From an uncultured Pseudomonadota bacterium (GTDB taxonomy: Bacteria; Pseudomonadota; Alphaproteobacteria; RF32; CAG-239): a DNA stretch of 64,000 nt. The notes under the pieces are model-generated. The model made no database searches and had not been told where the DNA came from. It saw nothing but the letters and a program-made list of their open reading frames with translations. Location: contig CASFJS010000005.1 in assembly GCA_949295085.1 (NCBI GenBank), positions 136,991 through 200,990 on the forward strand. The letters are read 5' to 3'. Both the position numbers and the translations under genes were made by a program. The number at the start of each line of letters is the position of its first letter. Positions within the stretch are counted from its first letter, which is position 1. Shown here one piece after another: positions 56,657 to 64,000 of this stretch.

Positions 56657-57568
56657 GAGTTTTTTTCGCCGGCGGTTGTTTTTTTGTTCGGCAACACCGG
56701 TTTTTCTTGACTTTTCAAGCTCTTTTAGGTGTTCTCCGTCTTTATATTCGCCAAGGGCGGCGGTCACGGCGGCGCCGAAAATGACCACCGCCCAGCTCAA
56801 ATACAGCCACAGCAACAAAAGCGGAATGGCGGCCATGGCTCCGTAGAGCGTGGCATAAACCACCGAAGAAGCAATAAAAGTGCTGAAGACTTTGCGCATG
56901 ATATAGATGCCGGCCAGAGCAATTAACGCGCCCCAGAAAGCGTGCATAAAGTGAACCTTTTTGTTGGGCACCAGCGTATAGACCAGTATCAGGGTCAAAA
57001 GTGTAAACAAGCCGGGGAGCATTACCTGTACGGCAGAGCCGACGCCGTATTCCTCGGGAAACAATTTTTGCAGCGTGAAAAAGTAGCCTTTGAGCGAAAC
57101 GCCGACACCGTAAAGCAATGGACCCAAGGTGATGACCGTCCAGTAAAGGGTGATTTTGGTTTTGATGCTGCGGGGTTTGTAGACCTTAAAGATGTAGTTG
57201 AAAGAGTTTTCAATCGTTGAAAGCAGCAAAATGGCGGTCACGACAATGCCGATGACGCCGATGGTGGTCAGTTTGGCGGTGGCGGAGATAAATTCGTTGA
57301 AGTATTTGGTAATCTCCTGACCGATGGCCGGCACCATGTTTTGAATCAGGGTGTCCTGCAACTGGCTCCGGATATCGTTAAAAACCGGAAAAGCCGAAAA
57401 AATGGCCAGACTGATGGCAAACAAAGGCACAATCGCAATCAGCGAGGTATAGCTCAAAGACGAGGCCACCCGCAAAATATTGTCGGTTTGGATACGTGAG
57501 CCGATAAAACGAAAGAAGTCTTTGGCGGCAGTCAGGCGGGCGGCGAGTTTGGCGGTGTTAAAATTCAT
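56636..57568 (-). CDS. YihY/virulence factor BrkB family membrane protein
   Basis: ASSLSYTSLIAIVP, YWTVITLGP, LYGAMAAIPLLLLWLYLSW. Confidence 0.92.
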   Translation of the reverse strand: MNFNTAKLAARLTAAKDFFRFIGSRIQTDNILRVASSLSYTSLIAIVPLFAISLAIFSAFPVFNDIRSQLQDTLIQNMVPAIGQEITKYFNEFISATAKLTTIGVIGIVVTAILLLSTIENSFNYIFKVYKPRSIKTKITLYWTVITLGPLLYGVGVSLKGYFFTLQKLFPEEYGVGSAVQVMLPGLFTLLTLILVYTLVPNKKVHFMHAFWGALIALAGIYIMRKVFSTFIASSVVYATLYGAMAAIPLLLLWLYLSWAVVIFGAAVTAALGEYKDGEHLKELEKSRKTGVAEQKNNRRRKKLLPKEHN

Positions 57569-57714
57569 ATTTGTCCTTAGCCCCTAAAAAAAGATGTTTA
57601 CAAGCTTATGCAAATTTTATAGAAGTTTACCCTATATTGCAAGAGCCTAAAAACTCGATTGTGTATTGTGCGGCAATATGTGTTGTGTGGAAATAATATA
57701 AGGACTAAAAACGA

Positions 57715-58539
57715 ATGTTAAAACCTTTGATGGAAGGAAAAAGAGGCCTGATTATGGGGCTGGCTAACGATAAGTCCATCGCCTGGGGGATTGCTCAGGC
57801 TTTGAACGAACACGGGGCGCAGCTTGCGATATCGTATCAGAACGAGGCTTTGGAAAAAAGAGTTAAACCTTTGGCGGCGCAGTTGGACAAGGAGCCTTTG
57901 TTGTTGCAATGCGATGTGTCCGACAGCGCCAGTATGGAGGCGTGTTTTAAGGAATTAGCCGCTCAATGGGGCAAGATTGATTTTTTGGTGCACGCGATTG
58001 CTTTTTCGGACAAAAATCAACTGCGCGGGCGGACGATTGATACCACGCGCGATAATTTTGCGATGACAATGAATATTTCGTGTTTTTCGTTTTTGGAGGC
58101 CTGTAAGTATGCCTCGCCGTTGATGACGGACGGCGGTGCGGTCGTTACCCTGACCTATATGGGTGCGGAGCGGGTTTTGCCGAATTATAACATCATGGGT
58201 GTGGCCAAAGCGGCGCTGGAAGCGGCGGTACGTTATGCGGCGATGGATATGGGCGAGCAAAACGTGCGGGTTAATGCGATTTCGGCCGGACCGGTTAAGA
58301 CTTTGGCGGCCTCGGGTATCGGCGATTTTAGAAAAATGCTGCATTGGAACGCGTTGAACTCAGCATTGGAGCGCAATATTACGCCGGAAGAAGTCGGCTA
58401 TGCGGCGCTCGGGCTGTTGTCGGACTGCGGCACGGGGATTACCGGCGAGGTTTTGCATGTTGACAGCGGCTACCATATCCAAGGAATGCTCCGGATGAAG
58501 AATATTGATAAAGATGTTGAAATTTTAACCGAAGGCTAA
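57715..58539 (+). CDS. fabI: Enoyl-ACP reductase (NADH)
   Basis: GLANDKSIAWGI, YNIMGVAKAALE, NAISAGPVKTLA. Confidence 0.97.
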   Translation: MLKPLMEGKRGLIMGLANDKSIAWGIAQALNEHGAQLAISYQNEALEKRVKPLAAQLDKEPLLLQCDVSDSASMEACFKELAAQWGKIDFLVHAIAFSDKNQLRGRTIDTTRDNFAMTMNISCFSFLEACKYASPLMTDGGAVVTLTYMGAERVLPNYNIMGVAKAALEAAVRYAAMDMGEQNVRVNAISAGPVKTLAASGIGDFRKMLHWNALNSALERNITPEEVGYAALGLLSDCGTGITGEVLHVDSGYHIQGMLRMKNIDKDVEILTEG

Positions 58540-58540
58540 A

Positions 58541-60340
58541 ATGGCAAAAGAAAAAACAAAGGCTTTGAGTTTGTCGCGCGCGGAAGCAGCCAAAATGCTG
58601 CTTAAGTCGGTGATTTGGGCTTTTGCGTTGTTCGGGCTTTTGTTTATTGTCTTGTTAATGGTGCTGGCCGGGTTTCTGCGCGCTGATATCGGCACGGCGG
58701 CACCTTTGCCGGAAAAAGCCGTTTTGCGGATTGATTTTGACCATGCGCCGGCAGAGGTCAAACCGGACAGTCTGATGACGGATTTTTACGGCGGTCAGGC
58801 GTCTTTTTTTGAGCTGCTACAGGTGTTGGCAGCGGCAGCGGTGGATGAACAGGTTAAAGTCGTCGTCGGTGAGGTTGGCGTATCGGATTTGTCGTTGGCA
58901 CAAATACAAGAGCTCAGAGAAGCTGTTAGATATCTTCGCGCCGCCGGCAAAAAAGCCTATTTGTTTTCGGATGGTTTTGGTGCTTTTGGCGGCGGTACGG
59001 GGGAATACTATCTGGCGTCGGCTTTTGATGAGATTATTTTGCAGCCCGGCAGTGATGTCGGTATAACCGGTATAAGCATTGAGATGCCGTTTGTGCGGCA
59101 GCTGCTTGACAAAGCGGGGATTATGCCGGCGTTTTATGCACGGCATGAGTACAAAAGTGCTTTTGCCTCATTTACCGAGAAGACAATGCCGCCGTTGTTA
59201 AGGCAGGAACTTGATCGTCTGGGCGGGGATTTGTTTGCCCAAATGACGGGAGACATCGCCCGGGACAGGAAGATTGAGCCGCAGCTCCTGCGAAAGCTCA
59301 TCGACAAGGCGCCGATCGATGCCGAACAGGCCTTGAAAGAGGGGCTGGTTGATAAGCTGGAGTACCGTGAAGAATTGTTGGCGCGGCTGGAAAAAGAATA
59401 TGATGCCGTCCGGTTTGACTGGCTTGATTATTTGGCGTTTTTGCGTCCCATAGGTAAGGGGGCGCCGGTGGTTGCGGTTATGACGATTGAGGGCGAGATT
59501 GCCGAAGGCGACAGTATGTTGCCCTCTTTGGAGGGGGAGTCGGTTGTCGGCGCGGATAGTTTTATTGAGGGGCTTGAAGATATTGCCGAAATTAAAAATC
59601 TGCGGGCGTTGGTTTTGCGGATTGATTCACCCGGGGGCAGCTATGCGGCGGCCGACGCCATGCGGCAGGCATTGGCGGAGTTTAAGCGGAAAACGAATGT
59701 TCCGGTGGTGGTGTCAATGTCGTCTTACGCGGCATCCGGCGGCTATTTTGTTGCTTTGCCGGCAGACAAGATTTTGGCTCAGCCGGCCAGTTTGACGGCT
59801 TCAATCGGTGTTTTGGGCGGCAAGCCGGTGTTGGCCGGATTGTGGAATAAGCTCGGGGTGAAGTGGGACGGTGCTTATTTTGGTAAAAATGCCGGTATTT
59901 TGAGTATTAACCGCGCTTTTACGCCGCAGGAAGAAAAAGTGTTTAACCGGTCGCTGGATAATGTTTACCGGGATTTTACGGCCAAGGTCGCGGCGGCGCG
60001 ACACATCAAGCTTAAAGATTTGGATCAATTGGCGCGCGGGCGGGTGTTTACCGGCAGACAGGCCGCGGCCAACGGTCTGGTCGACGGATTGGGCGGCTAT
60101 AACACGGCGTTGACGACAGCCGCGCAGTTGGCTGGTATTGATATTCGGCAGCCGGTGCGGGTGGAGGTGTTTCCGCGGCCGAAAACCATGCAGGAAAAGA
60201 TTGCCGAACTTATGAATGCGACGCCTTTGGCAGCGGCACAAAAACTTAAAATGCAAATCGGGCTTGATAAAGATACATTTGGTGTGCTAAAAAGACTGAA
60301 ATACGACGCGGTGATGCCGCCGATGGAAATTACGTATTAG
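58541..60340 (+). CDS. sppA: Signal peptide peptidase SppA (67K type)
   Basis: EYKSA, RIDSPGG, AASGGY, SIGV, GRVFTG. Confidence 0.95.
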   Translation: MAKEKTKALSLSRAEAAKMLLKSVIWAFALFGLLFIVLLMVLAGFLRADIGTAAPLPEKAVLRIDFDHAPAEVKPDSLMTDFYGGQASFFELLQVLAAAAVDEQVKVVVGEVGVSDLSLAQIQELREAVRYLRAAGKKAYLFSDGFGAFGGGTGEYYLASAFDEIILQPGSDVGITGISIEMPFVRQLLDKAGIMPAFYARHEYKSAFASFTEKTMPPLLRQELDRLGGDLFAQMTGDIARDRKIEPQLLRKLIDKAPIDAEQALKEGLVDKLEYREELLARLEKEYDAVRFDWLDYLAFLRPIGKGAPVVAVMTIEGEIAEGDSMLPSLEGESVVGADSFIEGLEDIAEIKNLRALVLRIDSPGGSYAAADAMRQALAEFKRKTNVPVVVSMSSYAASGGYFVALPADKILAQPASLTASIGVLGGKPVLAGLWNKLGVKWDGAYFGKNAGILSINRAFTPQEEKVFNRSLDNVYRDFTAKVAAARHIKLKDLDQLARGRVFTGRQAAANGLVDGLGGYNTALTTAAQLAGIDIRQPVRVEVFPRPKTMQEKIAELMNATPLAAAQKLKMQIGLDKDTFGVLKRLKYDAVMPPMEITY

Positions 60341-60352
60341 AAGGAAAATAAA

Positions 60353-60640
60353 ATGACAGTGGATACGCAGACGGTTAAACGAGTTGCGGCTTTGGCGAAG
60401 TTGAAAATCGACGAAGACAAAGTTGCGGCAACGGAAGCCGAGTTTAACAAAATTTTGCAATGGGTTGATCAGCTCAAAGAAGTTGACACAAGCAATGTCG
60501 AGGCGTTGGTTTCGGTTAACGAAAACTTTTTGGAAATGCGTCGGGACGAGGTTACCGAGGGCAACCAGGCCGATGCGGTTTTGGCCAATGCGCCGCAAAA
60601 AGAGTACGGGTATTTTGCCGTGCCGAAAGTGATTGAGTAA
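60353..60640 (+). CDS. gatC: Asp/Glu-tRNA amidotransferase subunit C
   Basis: VAALAKL, NAP....YFAVPKVIE. Confidence 0.97.
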   Translation: MTVDTQTVKRVAALAKLKIDEDKVAATEAEFNKILQWVDQLKEVDTSNVEALVSVNENFLEMRRDEVTEGNQADAVLANAPQKEYGYFAVPKVIE

Positions 60641-60691
60641 AATTTTGCTTGGCGGTTGGCTTATTAAGAGGAAAAAAGTTGTTGGCATAAT

Positions 60692-62161
60692 ATGGAAAAA
60701 AAGATGACGGATTTAACAAAACTGACAATTGCAGAAGCCCGAGAAGGCTTAAAGAAAAAAGAGTTTACAGCGGTTGAGCTGGCTGAGGATTATATTAAAA
60801 GTATGGAGGCCAAGCGCGCCCTTAACGCCTATGTTTGCGAAACACCGGAAAAAGCGCTTGAGCAGGCCAAAGCCAGTCAAACTAAGATTAATGCCGGGCA
60901 AGGCGGCGATTTGGAGGGGATTCCCTTGGGTATTAAGGATTTGTTTTGTACCAGAGGTATTGCGACGACGGCTTGCGCAAAAATTTTGCAGGGATTTGTG
61001 CCGCCTTATGAGTCCACGGTAACGTCAAAGCTGTTGGCAGCCGGGGCTAACTTTTTGGGTAAGTTGAATATGGATGAGTTTGCCATGGGCGGCAGTAACG
61101 AGACATCGGCATTCGGTCCGGCAGTGAATCCGTGGAGCAAGGATAAGCCTTTGGTTGCGGGAGGATCGTCCGGCGGGTCGGGGGCAGCAGTGGCGGCGGA
61201 GATGTGTGCGGCAGCGACCGGAACGGATACCGGCGGTTCTATCCGCCAGCCGGCGGCTTTTTGCGGCGTAACGGGAATTAAGCCGACGTACGGGCGCTGT
61301 TCGCGTTATGGTATTATTGCGTTTGCCTCGTCGTTGGATCAGGCGGGGCCGATAGCTAAAGATGTGCGCGATTGTGCCATTATGCTTAAAACCATGGCCG
61401 GTCATGATGCCAAAGATGCGACTTCGGCCAAAGAGGCCGTGCCGGATTTTGAAAAAGTTTTGGGCGGTGATCTTCGGGGATTGCGTGTCGGTCTGCCGAA
61501 AGAGTATCGTGCGGACGGGCTTGAGGCGGAAGTTGCGGCTTATTGGGATAAAGCGGCTGCCATGCTGAAAGATCAAGGCGCGGAGGTGGTGGATATTGCG
61601 TTGCCGCATACCCAATATGCGTTGCCGACGTATTACATTATTGCGCCGGCAGAGGCTTCGAGCAATCTGGCACGTTATGACGGCGTGCGTTACGGCAATC
61701 GCGTGGATGGCGAGCACCTGGAAGATATGTATGTTAATACACGGACGGCCGGTTTTGGTGCCGAGGTCAAACGCCGGATTATGATCGGAACCTATGTGCT
61801 TTCGGCCGGGTACTATGACGCTTATTACGTGAAAGCGCAAAAAGTACGGCGGCTTATTCGCAATGATTTTGTTGAGGCTTTTAAGCAGTGTGATGCGATT
61901 TTGACACCGACGGCGCCGACGGCGGCTTTTGCCATAGGTGATGAAAATATGAAAAACAATCCGATTAATATGTGGTTGAATGATATGTTTACGGTGGCGG
62001 TGTCTTTGGCCGGGTTGCCGGCGCTGAGTTTGCCGATAGGGCTAAATAAAAATGGTTTGCCGCTCGGAATGCAGATTATCGGCCGGGCGTTTGATGAAGA
62101 AACGGTATTTAAGACTGCGTTCGTTTTGGAAAAACAGGCCGGTTTTAAGGGGGTAAAATAA
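60692..62161 (+). CDS. gatA: Asp/Glu-tRNA amidotransferase subunit A (start may be 60704)
   Basis: Amidase signature [27 protein letters not shown]. Confidence 0.98.
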   Translation: MEKKMTDLTKLTIAEAREGLKKKEFTAVELAEDYIKSMEAKRALNAYVCETPEKALEQAKASQTKINAGQGGDLEGIPLGIKDLFCTRGIATTACAKILQGFVPPYESTVTSKLLAAGANFLGKLNMDEFAMGGSNETSAFGPAVNPWSKDKPLVAGGSSGGSGAAVAAEMCAAATGTDTGGSIRQPAAFCGVTGIKPTYGRCSRYGIIAFASSLDQAGPIAKDVRDCAIMLKTMAGHDAKDATSAKEAVPDFEKVLGGDLRGLRVGLPKEYRADGLEAEVAAYWDKAAAMLKDQGAEVVDIALPHTQYALPTYYIIAPAEASSNLARYDGVRYGNRVDGEHLEDMYVNTRTAGFGAEVKRRIMIGTYVLSAGYYDAYYVKAQKVRRLIRNDFVEAFKQCDAILTPTAPTAAFAIGDENMKNNPINMWLNDMFTVAVSLAGLPALSLPIGLNKNGLPLGMQIIGRAFDEETVFKTAFVLEKQAGFKGVK

Positions 62162-62162
62162 A

Positions 62163-63620
62163 ATGAGCGGAATGATTATCAAAGGCAAGACCGGCGATTG
62201 GGAAATTGTTTGCGGTTTGGAAATCCACTGCCAGATTATATCAAAGTCGAAAATATTTTCCGGTGCATCGACGCATTACGGCTCGGATGTTAACCAAAAT
62301 GTATCGTTTGTTGATGCCGGAATGCCGGGGATGTTGCCGGTTTTGAATGAGGAGTGCGTACGTCAGGCAGTTAAGACCGGTTTGGGTCTTAATGCCAAAA
62401 TTAATAAATATTCGGTCTTTTCGCGCAAAAACTATTTTTATGCCGATCTGCCGCAGGGGTATCAGATTACGCAGTTTGAACATCCGATTGTCGGCGAGGG
62501 GTTTGTTAAAATCGAGCTTGAAGACGGGACGAGCAAAAATATCGGGATTGAGCGGCTGCATATTGAGCAAGATGCCGCCAAATCGATTCACGATATATCG
62601 CCGACCAAAACATTTATTGATTTAAACCGCTCGGGCGTCGGGCTGATGGAGATCGTAACCAAGCCGGATTTCAGGGCACCGGAAGAAGTCGGGGCGTTTT
62701 TGCGCAAGCTGCGCTCCATTGTGCGTTACCTTGGCACCTGCGACGGCAATATGGACGAGGGCTCCATGCGCTGCGATGCCAGTATTTCGGTGCGACCGGC
62801 CGGCAGCAGCGAACTGAGAGAACGGGCGGAAGTTAAAAACGTCAACTCGGTCAAGTTTGCAATGCAGGCGGTTGAGTTTGAGGCCAAAAGGCAGGTTGAA
62901 CTTTATGAAAACGGCGGAGAAATGCGCCAGCAAACCTGTCAGTTTGACCAGACGACCGGGCAGACCAAATTTTTGCGTTTTAAGGAGTTTTCGGATGATT
63001 ACCGTTATTTTCCGGAGCCGGATTTGCCGCCGTTGGTTTTGAGCGATGAGTTTGTTGAGGAAATTAAACGCGGTATGATTGAGCTGCCGGATGCCAAGAA
63101 AGAGCGCTTTGTCAAAGAGCTCGGTTTGACGCCGTATGACGCGTCGGTTATTTGTGAAAACAAGGAGATGGCCGAGTTTTTTGAAAAGGCAGCCAAAGGG
63201 CACGAGGCTAAAAAAGTGGCCAACTGGCTGATGGGCGACTTTTTTGCGATGTTGAACGAGAAACACCTGAGCCTTGAAGAATCGCCGATTTCGGCAGAAA
63301 ATCTCGGTAATCTGGTTGAGCTGGTGTCCAAGAATGTCATTAACGGCAAAACCGCCAAAGACGTGTTTGCGATGATGGCCGAAACCGGGGAGGCTCCGGA
63401 AAAAATCGTTGAGGAACGCGGGTTGAAACAGGTTACCGACAGCGGGGCGATTGAAAAAGTGATTGACGAGGTGATCGCTGCCAATGCGGATAATGTCGCG
63501 GCGTATCGCAACGGCAAAACGGCGCTGATGGGCTGGTTTGTCGGTCAGGTAATGAAAGCCAGCGGCGGTAAAGCAAACCCCGGTATGGTTAACCAGTTGT
63601 TGAAACAAAAATTAGGATAA
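62163..63620 (+). CDS. gatB: Asp/Glu-tRNA amidotransferase subunit B
   Basis: GLEIH, RKNYFYADLP, DYRYFPEPDL, GQVMK..GKANP. Confidence 0.99.
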   Translation: MSGMIIKGKTGDWEIVCGLEIHCQIISKSKIFSGASTHYGSDVNQNVSFVDAGMPGMLPVLNEECVRQAVKTGLGLNAKINKYSVFSRKNYFYADLPQGYQITQFEHPIVGEGFVKIELEDGTSKNIGIERLHIEQDAAKSIHDISPTKTFIDLNRSGVGLMEIVTKPDFRAPEEVGAFLRKLRSIVRYLGTCDGNMDEGSMRCDASISVRPAGSSELRERAEVKNVNSVKFAMQAVEFEAKRQVELYENGGEMRQQTCQFDQTTGQTKFLRFKEFSDDYRYFPEPDLPPLVLSDEFVEEIKRGMIELPDAKKERFVKELGLTPYDASVICENKEMAEFFEKAAKGHEAKKVANWLMGDFFAMLNEKHLSLEESPISAENLGNLVELVSKNVINGKTAKDVFAMMAETGEAPEKIVEERGLKQVTDSGAIEKVIDEVIAANADNVAAYRNGKTALMGWFVGQVMKASGGKANPGMVNQLLKQKLG

Positions 63621-63634
63621 GCCGGAGGGTTCGG

Positions 63635-63670
63635 AAAAAAGCGGCGGATGTTTGAACCCGCCGCTTTTTT
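63635..63670. terminator. Bidirectional terminator
   Basis: aaaaaagcggcgg / ccgccgctttttt. Confidence 0.88.
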
Positions 63671-63681
63671 GGATGTGCTGT

Positions 63682-64000
63682 TTAATTTGGCCTTGTAAAG
63701 TCTTTATCAGTATAACCAACGGTTTCGTAGGTGTAGCCGGCGTTGTCAAAGACCAGTGATCCATCACCGCCGCTGCTGGCCCCACCGCCGGTACCTCCGC
63801 TGCCGCCGTTACCAGGTTTCTCTGTTGCAATGTAGACGTTACCCCCGGAAACAATCACATATCCGCATTTGAAATATTCGGCATTGCTGGGGCAGTCTAT
63901 TCTGCTCTGACCTTCGGGACAGGAACCGGTAAGTTTTGTATACCCTTTTTCTTGACATACCTGAGCGGATGTTTTTGGCGAACACATAATATATCTCACT
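63682..64000 (-). CDS. C-terminal part of a Cys-rich, Gly-rich hypothetical protein (start outside window)
   Basis: C...GY...C..G...CP....Y.KC module followed by a Gly/Ser linker; ends at a terminator. Confidence 0.7.
   Translation of the reverse strand, partial: VRYIMCSPKTSAQVCQEKGYTKLTGSCPEGQSRIDCPSNAEYFKCGYVIVSGGNVYIATEKPGNGGSGGTGGGASSGGDGSLVFDNAGYTYETVGYTDKDFTRPN

Overview
Core-genome window from an alphaproteobacterium, probably a Rhodospirillales-related anaerobe with a reduced genome. The taxonomic call rests on gene content, a GAAC-N7-GAAC SOS box at recA and an RpoB insertion. The window carries rpoBC, uvrC-pgsA-ompR-envZ, rplU-rpmA-obgE-rsfS, ftsH, the S10-spc-alpha ribosomal protein cluster, gyrA, tRNA-Val(CAC), recA, fabI, sppA and gatCAB, interspersed with orphan or accessory cassettes. 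The most notable signals are not in the ORF track. (1) A complete C4-type antisense-RNA cassette lies on the minus strand between rplO and secY: promoter, upstream target, three-way-junction RNA, overlapping terminator and a second target over a ribosome-binding site. It controls a decayed membrane-anchored SAM methyltransferase rather than a phage antirepressor. (2) A tRNA-Val 5'-half copy fused to about 190 nt of hairpins lies directly upstream of the real tRNA. (3) In a LysR-linked three-gene operon every gene has a signal peptide followed by an internal Shine-Dalgarno plus in-frame ATG. Smaller observations include a 59-aa unannotated membrane protein, an ACG start for an FkbM gene, a GANTC cluster before the S10 promoter, and missing str-operon genes, rplQ and proBA/nadD at their usual positions. 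All RNA-family and protein-family assignments are by eye and need covariance-model or HMM confirmation.
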